From positions 1 to 64,000 of IMG/VR virus record IMGVR_UViG_3300023179_000086: a stretch of 64,000 nt of DNA; one strand, written 5' to 3'. Positions within the stretch are counted from its first letter, which is position 1; each line of letters opens with the position of its first letter. Origin of the DNA: a virus. Shown here piece after piece: positions 29,291 through 39,343 of the stretch. A program made the translations under genes and the position numbers. The notes beneath the pieces are model-generated. The model did not search any database and was not told where the DNA came from. It saw only the letters and a list, made by a program, of their open reading frames with translations.

Positions 29291-29719
29291 ATGAAGATAA
29301 GATGTGCAACATTATTTGATATTACACAGACAGGTGTAAATCATAGAAGATCAAAATTAGAAAGAAAAGAAGAATTTGATATAGCAGGTAGTCAACAATC
29401 TAATTTTGAAACAATTTTACAATGTATAGGTATACGTGCACAACCTGAAGATATTACTTCTCCTATTAAAAAAACTCAACAAATTAAAAATTTTGGAACA
29501 AAATACAAAGTAAATCATGATATTCCTATATGGATGTTTACATTTACAGTATCAAAAAATGGTGTATTTCAAGTTGGAGAACAAGAATTAGATGGTTTAT
29601 ATCAAGATTGTGAATCAGTACCAATGATTATAGGTTTGGAAGAATACAAATTTATTAACAAAACATTAAATACGACACAAGAATATAAAAATATACATTT
29701 TGAAATTATTGATGAATAA
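29291..29719 (+). CDS. hypothetical late protein
   Basis: TAAATA just upstream; TLFDITQTGV motif. Confidence 0.65.
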   Translation: MKIRCATLFDITQTGVNHRRSKLERKEEFDIAGSQQSNFETILQCIGIRAQPEDITSPIKKTQQIKNFGTKYKVNHDIPIWMFTFTVSKNGVFQVGEQELDGLYQDCESVPMIIGLEEYKFINKTLNTTQEYKNIHFEIIDE

Positions 29720-30191
29720 AATACCCTACAAAAAATTAGAAAAAATAGCAGAAATAGTAATTCCAAAAATTATTAATAATATAATTATTGATACTGATAA
29801 TGGGTATGTTGTTTTTAATCAATATTATATTGAAAAAAATAAAACTTTTTATAAATTAATTAGACGTGGTGATGAAAAGACCATTAAATTTTCAAAATTG
29901 AAGAATGCAATAACCTATGCTATTTTGCATAAAAATTATAAAATGTTTGAAGCTAACAGAGTTTATGAATTAGACTATATCTTAGAGGGTATAGATTTAG
30001 AAAAATCTATTAATGAGAAAAAGAACAAAAAGCTTAAAATCAATGATTTTTTATTAAAGGCGATAAAGTTACAATCAATTTTAGATAAACGAAGAAGATT
30101 TGAACATGAGTTGGATAAATACATAATAGTTGCTAAAGACTGTCAACAAAAAGGATTTGAAAATGAGATTAACAGAACTAAACGAAAGTAA
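29712..30191 (+). CDS. hypothetical protein
   Basis: Coupled ORF. Confidence 0.6.
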   Translation: MNKIPYKKLEKIAEIVIPKIINNIIIDTDNGYVVFNQYYIEKNKTFYKLIRRGDEKTIKFSKLKNAITYAILHKNYKMFEANRVYELDYILEGIDLEKSINEKKNKKLKINDFLLKAIKLQSILDKRRRFEHELDKYIIVAKDCQQKGFENEINRTKRK

Positions 30192-30873
30192 AGCTAGTAG
30201 AATTGCCAATCGTGCTTTGAAAGAGCATTATGGTATGCAATATGATTTAGACAAGCTAGATTTTAGAACAACAAAAGCAATGCTTGACAAAGTACGTAAT
30301 TTATTACAGGGAGTTAGATCCACTAGTAAATTACATGAAAGTCATAGAGATAGTTCATATTTAAAATTAGTTATGATGGAGCAAATGCTATCTCATCATT
30401 TTTCTGATTTGAATGTTAAACCTACCATTGTTGTAGAAGATGACACTGTTACTTCTGCGGCAAATGTTATGGCAGCAGAAAATATGATTCAAGAATTGCA
30501 AAAGATGGTTGAACGAGTAAGTGATATGCGTGTTAAAGATCTTGCGGCTATTGAAGAACAAATGCGTCAATCTGAACAAAGTGCACAAGGAGCAGATCAA
30601 TTTAGTCAAAGTGCAAGTGATGCTCTATCACAATTGCAAGATGCTATTGCACAAGCAAAATCATCTATCGTAGGTGCTCAAGATATATTATTAGGTAGGA
30701 CAAATGCAGTAGGAATGGATTCTGCGGCAGCGGTGGCACCTGTTAGTGATGAACCTGAAATGGCGGCACCTTCAGCGGAGTTGGGTGGGGATTTAGATGC
30801 AGCAGAGGAAATGCCCGAACTTCCTGCACCTGATGAAGAAGAAACAGGAAACGTAGGTAGAGAGTTACGCTAA
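30163..30873 (+). CDS. probable prohead core/scaffold-like protein
   Basis: MRLTELNE leader, coiled coil, acidic tail. Confidence 0.55.
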   Translation: MRLTELNESKASRIANRALKEHYGMQYDLDKLDFRTTKAMLDKVRNLLQGVRSTSKLHESHRDSSYLKLVMMEQMLSHHFSDLNVKPTIVVEDDTVTSAANVMAAENMIQELQKMVERVSDMRVKDLAAIEEQMRQSEQSAQGADQFSQSASDALSQLQDAIAQAKSSIVGAQDILLGRTNAVGMDSAAAVAPVSDEPEMAAPSAELGGDLDAAEEMPELPAPDEEETGNVGRELR

Positions 30874-30875
30874 TC

Positions 30876-31217
30876 GTGCGATTTTATGAAATTATTAAGG
30901 AAGATAATGAAGATGATCCTTTAAAAGTTAAGATCACTTCAATTTTATCTCAATTAAAAGCACGACAGCGAGAAAGTGGTGCAAAAAATAATTATAGTGT
31001 AGATTCTGTACTCAACATATTAGGTAAAGATGGTGTACATATTAGTAAAGATGATTTGTACGATATTATAAAAAATGATCCTGTTAAAAATATTATTTCG
31101 GACTTTGATAAAGGAATTCGTTTTAAGGGTATTGATAAAGATAATAAAAGTTTACCTACCGACGATAGTGAAAAAATTGTTAAGGATAAGGCGATAAAAG
31201 CAACTAAATCAATGTAA
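30876..31217 (+). CDS. probable head-internal protein
   Basis: GTG start; MRFYEIIKE leader. Confidence 0.55.
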   Translation: MRFYEIIKEDNEDDPLKVKITSILSQLKARQRESGAKNNYSVDSVLNILGKDGVHISKDDLYDIIKNDPVKNIISDFDKGIRFKGIDKDNKSLPTDDSEKIVKDKAIKATKSM

Positions 31218-31219
31218 TT

Positions 31220-31540
31220 ATGATTACGTTAACTGAAATAGCAGCAAACAAAATAAAAATGTTAATAGAAAAGCGTGGACGTGGTATAGGTATACAGGTC
31301 GGTGTAAAAACTACAGGATGTAGTGGTTTATCATACACATTAGAATATATTGATATTTTACCAATCGGTTATACTATACACGAATCATACGGAGTACATG
31401 TGTATACAAAACCTGAACACCATGTATATCTTAATGAACTAGAAATAGACTATCAAAAAAAAGGATTAAACGAAGGATTTGAATTTGTCAATCCAATTGA
31501 AAAAAATCGTTGCGGTTGTGGGTCTAGTTTTAGTATTTAA
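31220..31540 (+). CDS. iscA: A-type Fe-S cluster carrier (IscA/HesB)
   Basis: ITLTE.AA, GCSGLSY, F.F.NP, CGCGSSF. Confidence 0.93.
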   Translation: MITLTEIAANKIKMLIEKRGRGIGIQVGVKTTGCSGLSYTLEYIDILPIGYTIHESYGVHVYTKPEHHVYLNELEIDYQKKGLNEGFEFVNPIEKNRCGCGSSFSI

Positions 31541-31606
31541 AACCCAATGAACATTAAAACATATATTTTTCTTTCGTTTGGATAAATAAAAGGAAGGAGA
31601 TGTAAT

Positions 31607-32233
31607 ATGTTTTTATGCGAATCAAAAGAAACAACTAATTATGAAAGAAAGAGCAAATACGGAAAGTGTGTTTCTTATAATAGAACAAAAACTCTAACAC
31701 ATTGGAAATGCGACAATTGCGGCGAAGAATTTTCTAAAATAAGAAACGGAATATACGATCCTAATGCAAAATCGTATTGTAAATCTTGTATATCTAAAAT
31801 TGGACTTAATAAATTAGCAAGTCTAGCAGGTTACGAGTCAAAAGTAAAAAATATATTTGAACCTAAAGTGGGTTCTGTAGTTATAGATAAAGAGGGGTAT
31901 CCTCAAATATATATAGGAAAAAATTATCCCTATAGAAATGGCGGCTATACACATATTAGAGAACATCAGTATGTAATGGAAATACACCTAGGAAGAAGAC
32001 TAGAAAAAGGCGAGATAGTTCATCATATTGATGGTAACAAAAGAAATAATAAACTAGAAAACTTATACCTAACAAGTGTAGAAGAACACAATAAACTTCA
32101 CGCAGAATCAGAAAGTATTATATTTGAACTTTATAAAAGAGGCGTTGTAGGGTTTGATAGGATTACAGGTAGATACTTTCTACACGAGGATAAATTACGA
32201 AAATGCGGTTGCGGTGAAAGTTTCGCTGTTTAA
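31607..32233 (+). mobile_element. free-standing HNH homing endonuclease inserted at the iscA 3' end
   Basis: Zn ribbon (CDNC..CKSC), GY...EH..VME..LGR.L..GEIVHHIDGNKRNN..NL; ends in KCGCGESFAV (IscA C-terminus); own ATAAATA and SD AAGGAAGGAG. Confidence 0.85.
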
Positions 32234-32282
32234 CATATCCTAATTATTTGACAAACACTCTTAATTGATCTAACATTTATAA

Positions 32283-32993
32283 ATGTATACTCCAAAATAT
32301 AACTATATTAACTTTAACCGTGTAAATTATGATGGTAAACGTCACTATGAAACACCTACAGGTGCATTACCTTCAGTTACAACAATATTAGATGCTACTA
32401 AACCTGAAGAAGAAAAACGTGCGTTATTTGAATGGAAGAAACGTGTAGGAAAAGAAAAAGCACAACACATAACTACTGAAGCAGCAAATCGTGGTACAAA
32501 AATGCATTCGTATCTAGAACATTTTGTAAAAAATGGGATACAGCAACCAAAAAGCACTAATTTTATGCATCATCCTAGTTGGGATATGGCAGAGCAAATT
32601 ATTTTAGGTGGGTTGAATCATTGTCAAGAATTTTGGGGAGTTGAAGTACCACTTTATTATCCTGATTTATATGCAGGAACTACTGATTGTGTTGGAATTC
32701 ATAAAAACATACCTAGTATTATAGATTTTAAACAATCTAATAAAGTTAAAAAGAAAGAATGGATTGATGGTTATTTTTTACAGTTAGTTTTTTATGCCAA
32801 TGCCCATAATGAGGTACATGGTACTAACATTAAACAAGGTGTTATAATGATGTGTGTAAAACCCGATGAAAATACTAAACCATTATATCAAGAGTTTATT
32901 TTGGCAGGTGATGATTGGAAAAGATTCAACCGAATGATGTGGGATCGTTTAGAACAATACTATACAGAAAAACAAACGATTCAAGTAGCATAG
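32283..32993 (+). CDS. PD-(D/E)XK exonuclease
   Basis: PSVTTIL, RGT.MH, E..L, AGTTD, IIDFKQS, YFLQL..YA. Confidence 0.88.
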   Translation: MYTPKYNYINFNRVNYDGKRHYETPTGALPSVTTILDATKPEEEKRALFEWKKRVGKEKAQHITTEAANRGTKMHSYLEHFVKNGIQQPKSTNFMHHPSWDMAEQIILGGLNHCQEFWGVEVPLYYPDLYAGTTDCVGIHKNIPSIIDFKQSNKVKKKEWIDGYFLQLVFYANAHNEVHGTNIKQGVIMMCVKPDENTKPLYQEFILAGDDWKRFNRMMWDRLEQYYTEKQTIQVA

Positions 32994-33030
32994 TTTGAAT
33001 AAATAAGTATATCACTTTAAAAGTTATACT

Positions 33031-35703
33031 ATGTCTATTATTCAAATTAGTAAAATCCAAGTAAGAACAGGTAATTTAGTTGATGTACCTCAGCTAAGTG
33101 CAGGTGAATTTGGTTGGGCAGATGATGAGCGCAGACTATTTATTGGCAATGATTCAAACCGAGTAGGCGATCCCGATCCAAATAACACTGAAATTTTAAC
33201 AACCTACAGTCCTATTGAACTCAGTGGTAACGTTACAATTGCCAATGTTGAAAATTTTCATGTTGGTGGTGGTAACAATGGTTATTTTTTGCAAACTGAT
33301 GGTAATGGAACTTTAGTATGGAGCGCACTACCTGGGACCTCTAACATTACCATAGCAGGTTCGAATAATCAAATACAATATAATGTAGGCGGAGCATTTA
33401 ATGCAAGTGCTAATTTAAGGTATTTTGATTCAAATACAACATTGCAGTTAGGCGGTGGTAATGGTAATATTGTAAGTTCATATTTGTCTATAAATGTTTC
33501 ATCAGAATTTGCAAATGCTCTTTTCACAGGTAATCTTAGATTATCTAATACTGATCAAAATACTTTTGCAGTTGGTAGCTTAGCAAATACAGGAAATTAT
33601 GTAACTATTGGTAGTGGACAAATATTTGGCAATCGAATTACAGTAAATCAAGCCAACGTAAATGCTAATATTATTGCTAATACTATAACAGCTAATTTAG
33701 TGCTAAGAGCAGCATCTGATTTGATCGTTAACGATGGTACATGGTCAAATTCATCAGGTGAACTTATTGTTGCTAATTATAATGTTAGAGCAAACGGTCT
33801 TGGTTTATTGACCACAGGTTATATTAACGCTGCAGGTGCCATTTATGGTAATAGTTTTACAGGAAATACTTTAACTGTTAATACCTCAGCAAATATCAAT
33901 AATGTTATTGTAGCCAATGGAGATATTACTGCAGCAAATATCAATTCAATTGGTGGAGTGCTGACGGGTAATGGAAGCGGTTTAAGTGCATTAAATGCAA
34001 GTAATATATCATCGGGCACGATACCAAGTGCACGTTTATCAGGTAGTTATTCTATAAACGCAAATAATGCAAATACTGCAGGAACAGTTACTACTGCTGC
34101 TCAACCAAATATTACGTCAGTTGGTACGTTAACATCTTTAGCGGTTGGTGATGTTACATCAAGTGGTACAGTTACTGCTGATGATTTAATTGTTTTAAAT
34201 GGAGCAATTGTTTCAGGAAATATTACACAAACAGGTAATACGAGTATAAGTGCTGCTCTTTCTGTTGGTGGAAATTTAACGGGTACTGATGCTACATTTA
34301 GTAATACAATAACTGCGGCTACATTTGTTGGTAATGTAACTACACCATCTATTGTAAATGGAAATAGTAATATTACTATATTTTCTAATGGTGATATACG
34401 TGTCAGTAGTTTTAGTCAAGCAGATATTATCTCTATTGTGTCTAATGGTATTACTGCTACGACAACAATCGCCAACAGTTTAACAGTAGTTAGTAATGTC
34501 AACGCAGAAAATTTTGTTGGTGCATTAGCAAATGGTACGAGTAATGTATTAGTAGCAACTAATGCGAATATTAGTATTAATGTTAATAACAATAATGTTG
34601 CTAATTTTACTGCTACACAAGCTAATATTTTTAATAATTTAGTAGTCAGTGGAAATATCACTGCAACTAACTTAATCGGATTGTATGCTAATGGCAATAG
34701 TAACGTATCTATTCCCGCAGTCAATGGTAATGTTAATATTAGTGCAATTGGTACACCTAACGTAGTTGTTGTATCTAATACAGGTATAAACGTTAGTGGT
34801 GTATTAAATTCAAGTAATACAATATCTGCACCTAATATTACAGTAACTAATACATTAACATCAAATTTATTGACAGGGGTGTTAACAACTGCTTCTCAAC
34901 CTAATATTACTGCAGTTGGTAATTTAGTAAATCTTATTGTAAGTAATACGATTTCAGTAGGAAGCAATGTTACAGCCAATATTTTAATAGCAAACAATGG
35001 CATTTATGGTGAATTACAAACATCAAGCCAACCATACATCACAGAGATTGGACAATTATCTAATTTAACGATTGGTAATATAACTGACTATATTGAATTA
35101 TATGCTAATGGTGACGTACAAGCTACGGGTAATGCTGTTATTGGTGGTACGTTAACTGTTACAGGTAATGTTGTTGTTACAAACTTAGATCTTGCTAGTG
35201 GTTTTACTGCAAATGGCAATATTGTTGCAGATTATTTTGAAGGTAATGGTTCTGCATTAACGGGTATAAAAGGACCGTTATTTTTAGCGTACAATTCTGT
35301 AAATCAAACATTAACTGCAGGTAACGTTGATTTAATTTACAACACAACTACTGTAAATGATGATAATTATTATGATGAAACAACAGGCGTATTCACTCCA
35401 TTAGTAGAAGGATTTTATCAAGTAAATGTTGTATTAACTCCTGAATTAGCATCAGGTGTGGCAAATGGTTCTTTCTACATATTATTAAAAAAGAATGGAA
35501 CAATTATTGCTAAAAGTCCTAAGGTAGCACAAACACCAACATGGGGAATTGTTGGATCGACTGCAATTTCTACCATGGTTTACATGAATGGAACAACCGA
35601 TGAACTTATTGCTACTGCTGTTAATTCGGTAACAGGTGGTGTATGGCAGAGTGAGATATCTACTACAAATTATTTTCAGGCATTTTGGATTAAAAGTACT
35701 TAA
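33031..35703 (+). CDS. tail fibre/adhesin: Mtd-N-like N-terminus, Asn/Thr/Gly-rich shaft, C1q-like C-terminus
   Basis: IQVRTG...PQLSAGEFGWADD.RRLFIGN; TTAAQPNITSVG-like repeats; GVFTP..EGFYQVN; late promoter at 32999. Confidence 0.8.
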   Translation: MSIIQISKIQVRTGNLVDVPQLSAGEFGWADDERRLFIGNDSNRVGDPDPNNTEILTTYSPIELSGNVTIANVENFHVGGGNNGYFLQTDGNGTLVWSALPGTSNITIAGSNNQIQYNVGGAFNASANLRYFDSNTTLQLGGGNGNIVSSYLSINVSSEFANALFTGNLRLSNTDQNTFAVGSLANTGNYVTIGSGQIFGNRITVNQANVNANIIANTITANLVLRAASDLIVNDGTWSNSSGELIVANYNVRANGLGLLTTGYINAAGAIYGNSFTGNTLTVNTSANINNVIVANGDITAANINSIGGVLTGNGSGLSALNASNISSGTIPSARLSGSYSINANNANTAGTVTTAAQPNITSVGTLTSLAVGDVTSSGTVTADDLIVLNGAIVSGNITQTGNTSISAALSVGGNLTGTDATFSNTITAATFVGNVTTPSIVNGNSNITIFSNGDIRVSSFSQADIISIVSNGITATTTIANSLTVVSNVNAENFVGALANGTSNVLVATNANISINVNNNNVANFTATQANIFNNLVVSGNITATNLIGLYANGNSNVSIPAVNGNVNISAIGTPNVVVVSNTGINVSGVLNSSNTISAPNITVTNTLTSNLLTGVLTTASQPNITAVGNLVNLIVSNTISVGSNVTANILIANNGIYGELQTSSQPYITEIGQLSNLTIGNITDYIELYANGDVQATGNAVIGGTLTVTGNVVVTNLDLASGFTANGNIVADYFEGNGSALTGIKGPLFLAYNSVNQTLTAGNVDLIYNTTTVNDDNYYDETTGVFTPLVEGFYQVNVVLTPELASGVANGSFYILLKKNGTIIAKSPKVAQTPTWGIVGSTAISTMVYMNGTTDELIATAVNSVTGGVWQSEISTTNYFQAFWIKST

Positions 35704-35712
35704 CAGTATTAA

Positions 35713-36144
35713 ATGAATATTTTTCAATGCTCATTTCATCAACGATTACGTAGTTGGAGAGACTTACGTTTATCGATAAAAGACTTACCAATACAAGAAA
35801 AATGCGTTAGAATAGATGAATGGTGGCAGATGGCACCATTAATAACTCATTATTTACATCCTTTAGATTATAATAATTGGCCTGATCCATGGACTTTATT
35901 ATCTGAAAATATGTATTGCATATTGACTAGAGCATTAGGAATTGTATATACTCTTAAAATGAATGGAATATATAACATAAAATTACTAATAGCTACTGAT
36001 TCACAAGCTGAAGAAATACCCATAGTCACAGTCGATGACGCAAAATATGTACTTAATTATTGGCCTGGGATGGTTCTAAATAATTGTTTCAAAGATTTCA
36101 CAGTCAAGCGTGAAATATCGCTATCTTTTATAAAATTAAAATAA
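35713..36144 (+). CDS. hypothetical phage protein
   Basis: WPDPWTLL motif; 143 aa. Confidence 0.7.
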   Translation: MNIFQCSFHQRLRSWRDLRLSIKDLPIQEKCVRIDEWWQMAPLITHYLHPLDYNNWPDPWTLLSENMYCILTRALGIVYTLKMNGIYNIKLLIATDSQAEEIPIVTVDDAKYVLNYWPGMVLNNCFKDFTVKREISLSFIKLK

Positions 36145-36158
36145 TTTAGGATGTAAGA

Positions 36159-38483
36159 ATGACAATCAATGTAATAAAAAGGGATGGGACAAGTGTCCCC
36201 TTAGATATCGCAAAAATACAAAGACAAGTACAAAATGGATGCCGTGGAATAGATAATGTTAGTCCTAGTATGATTGAGATTCGTGCACAAATACAATTTA
36301 CTGATGGTATGTCTACAGAAACAATTGATAAATTACTATTAAAAGCAATGGTAGATTTAATCGATGAATCTGAAAATCCTGATATTAATAACGTAAACTA
36401 CCAATATGTTGCAGGTCGTCAACGTGTTTCTATGTTACGTAAAGAGGTATATGGTAAATATGAACCACCACGTTTATACGATATTGTAAAATCCAACGTA
36501 GAACTAGGAATGTATACGCCTGATTTATTATCATGGTATACAGAACAAGAATGGGATACTATTGAATTATTCATAGACCATGATAAAGATCAAAAATATA
36601 CATATAGTGCAATCGAACAACTATGTCAGAAATATTTAGTACAAAATCGTGCTACAGGTAAAATTTACGAAACCCCTCAAATTAGATATGCCATTGCAGC
36701 AGCAACAGCATTTCATAAAGAACCACAAGATAAAAGATTAAAATATGTAAAGGATTACTATGAATGTGCGTCAGATGGTCATTTCACTCTTGCCACCCCT
36801 GTGCTTGCTGGGCTTGGCACTACTACTAAACAATTCAGTTCTTGCGTTCTTATCAGTAGTGATGATACCCTTGATAGCATATTCGCTGCAGGAGAAATGA
36901 TGGCAAAATATGCGAGTAAACGTGCAGGTATTGGATTAGAAATTGGTCGTATACGTCCTTTAGGTGCACCCATTCGCAACGGAGAAATAAAACATACAGG
37001 GTTAGTACCATTCCTTAAAAAATGGTTTGCTGACTTACGTAGTTGTTCACAAGGTGGTATTCGTAACGCAAGTTGTACCGTTACAATACCTATATGGCAT
37101 GCACAATTTGAAGATTTTATTGTACTTAAAAATAATCAAGGTACTGAAGAAACACGTGTTCGTCAAATGGATTATAGCGTAGTTATTAGTAAATTATTTT
37201 GGCGCAGATATAAGGATGGAGAAAATATCACGCTGTTTGATCCACATGAAGTACCTGATTTATATGAAGCATATTATCGAGATACTAAAGAATTTGAAAA
37301 GTTATATGTCAAGTATGAGCATGCTAAAAATATTAAGAAAAAAATCATTTCAGCAGAAGAAATCTTTAAGAATGGCATATTAAAAGAAAGAACCGATACA
37401 GGAAGAATATATTTTGTAAATATTGATAATGTTATTAATCAAGGATCTTTTGATACTAAAACAGATCCTATCTATCAATCAAATTTGTGTCAAGAAATAT
37501 TATTACCTACAAAACCATTTCAGCGTATCGAAGACCCCAATGGTCGTATAGCGTTGTGCACATTAGGTAGTATTAATTGGGGAGCATTTCGTAATCCACA
37601 AGACATGCGTAAGGCATGTCGTGTATTAGTTCGTTCATTGAGTAATTTATTATCGTATCAAGATTTTCTTAGTGTTCAAAGTCAATTAGCCAATCTTGAT
37701 TTTGAACCATTAGGTGTAGGAATTACTAATTTAGCGTATTGGCATGCACGTAGAAACTTCAAATATGGTGCCCCAGACTCATTAGCTGAAGTGAAGCGTT
37801 GGATCGAACATCAATCATTCTATTTGACTGAAGCTAGTGTAGAACTTGCTGAAGAGCGTGGTTCGTGTAAACGTAGCCAATATACTTATTATGGTCGTGG
37901 AATATTTCCATGGGAACGTAGGGCATCAGGTGTTAACGAATTAACTGATTTTACACCAAGTATTGATTGGGAACCATTAAGAGCTAGAATGAAGAAATAT
38001 GGTATTCGTAATGCTACATTAATGGCAATTGCGCCCGTTGAAAGTAGCTCAGTAGTATTGAACAGTACCAATGGTATCGAAATGCCAATGGAATTAATTA
38101 GTGTAAAAGAAAGTAAAGCAGGAAGTTTTGTACAAGTTGTCCCTGAATACAAACGATTAAAAGGTCGTTATCAACTTATGTGGGAACAAACAGATTGTGT
38201 TGATTATTTAAAAACAGCAGCAGTTTTAGCAGCGTATATTGATCAAAGTATAAGTACAAACACTTTTTATAATCCTGCATATTATAATGATGGCAAAGTT
38301 CCTGCTACATTGATAGCGAAAAATTTAATGTTGGGTATACATTGGGGATTAAAAACTTATTATTATAGTTTAATCAATAAAATGGGTGCAAAAGCTGTAT
38401 TAAAAGATGATAATATCACATCATTTACGCCTCTTATTGAATCAGAATTAATTGAAGAAGATTGTGAAGCATGTAAACTTTAG
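36159..38483 (+). CDS. nrdA: ribonucleotide reductase class Ia alpha subunit
   Basis: ATP cone VIKRDG, QFSSC, SNLCQEI, C-terminal CEAC. Confidence 0.97.
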   Translation: MTINVIKRDGTSVPLDIAKIQRQVQNGCRGIDNVSPSMIEIRAQIQFTDGMSTETIDKLLLKAMVDLIDESENPDINNVNYQYVAGRQRVSMLRKEVYGKYEPPRLYDIVKSNVELGMYTPDLLSWYTEQEWDTIELFIDHDKDQKYTYSAIEQLCQKYLVQNRATGKIYETPQIRYAIAAATAFHKEPQDKRLKYVKDYYECASDGHFTLATPVLAGLGTTTKQFSSCVLISSDDTLDSIFAAGEMMAKYASKRAGIGLEIGRIRPLGAPIRNGEIKHTGLVPFLKKWFADLRSCSQGGIRNASCTVTIPIWHAQFEDFIVLKNNQGTEETRVRQMDYSVVISKLFWRRYKDGENITLFDPHEVPDLYEAYYRDTKEFEKLYVKYEHAKNIKKKIISAEEIFKNGILKERTDTGRIYFVNIDNVINQGSFDTKTDPIYQSNLCQEILLPTKPFQRIEDPNGRIALCTLGSINWGAFRNPQDMRKACRVLVRSLSNLLSYQDFLSVQSQLANLDFEPLGVGITNLAYWHARRNFKYGAPDSLAEVKRWIEHQSFYLTEASVELAEERGSCKRSQYTYYGRGIFPWERRASGVNELTDFTPSIDWEPLRARMKKYGIRNATLMAIAPVESSSVVLNSTNGIEMPMELISVKESKAGSFVQVVPEYKRLKGRYQLMWEQTDCVDYLKTAAVLAAYIDQSISTNTFYNPAYYNDGKVPATLIAKNLMLGIHWGLKTYYYSLINKMGAKAVLKDDNITSFTPLIESELIEEDCEACKL

Positions 38484-38488
38484 GAGTT

Positions 38489-38686
38489 ATGATGAAAGAA
38501 AAAGAAGTAGAATTATTAACCGAAAGATTAAATCAGTCAGTGAGTGATATAAACGGAATCATTGATTTATTGTATAAAAAATACAATGTTGAAACTATTT
38601 TGTATTATGAACATAATAATGGTACGGGTAAATCTTCTCAATTGAAAACACTTAGAATAACACAGATAGTGGATTATTTAAAATAA
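38489..38686 (+). CDS. hypothetical protein
   Basis: SD AGGAG. Confidence 0.6.
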   Translation: MMKEKEVELLTERLNQSVSDINGIIDLLYKKYNVETILYYEHNNGTGKSSQLKTLRITQIVDYLK

Positions 38687-38687
38687 A

Positions 38688-39329
38688 ATGTTAGAAACAT
38701 GTTGTGACATATTAGTTGAAGCGTATAATAGAAATTGGATAACAAGTCGTGATGGAAACATTTCTATACGTTATCATGATCGAAATCATTTTTATATTAC
38801 GCCAAGTGGAGTACGTAAACAAAAAATGCAGTATGATATGTTTAAAAAAATTCGTATTGCTTGTAAAGGAATAACTGAATATCCCGAAGTCATTGAACAA
38901 AATGATATTAGTGGTAATCTACAGCCTAGTGGTGAATTACCCTTACATTTTGGGTTACAACGACAAATGGGACAACATAGTGAAGATATTAGAGTAGTTG
39001 TTCATGTACATCCTACTTACATTATAGCTGCAATGCATGCAGGTATTATATTACAAGATTTAGTAAAAAGCTTCCCTGAACTTAGTAGATATACCAAAGT
39101 TGCACCTAATGTAGGTGATGTTCCACCAATAAGTCAAGAATTAGGTGATGCATGTCATGAAGCATTAGGATTAGATTTAAATGGTTTTATAAAATATGAC
39201 ATTGTTGGTATTAAGGGACATGGTGTAGTAGCAGTAGATAGTACACCATGGAGAGCATTTGAACATATTGAACGGTTAGAACATATATGTAAAATAGTGT
39301 TAGCAAGTGGAGTGCATAATAAATTTTAA
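38688..39329 (+). CDS. class II aldolase/adducin family protein
   Basis: DGNIS.R, ITPSG, PSGE..LH, VVHVHP, GHGV. Confidence 0.9.
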   Translation: MLETCCDILVEAYNRNWITSRDGNISIRYHDRNHFYITPSGVRKQKMQYDMFKKIRIACKGITEYPEVIEQNDISGNLQPSGELPLHFGLQRQMGQHSEDIRVVVHVHPTYIIAAMHAGIILQDLVKSFPELSRYTKVAPNVGDVPPISQELGDACHEALGLDLNGFIKYDIVGIKGHGVVAVDSTPWRAFEHIERLEHICKIVLASGVHNKF

Positions 39330-39343
39330 TAATGGATTGAAAG

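Noticed and set aside
32283-32993. Cas4-like nuclease suggesting CRISPR-Cas
   Set aside because: Generic phage PD-(D/E)XK exonuclease; no Fe-S Cys set, cas genes or array nearby.
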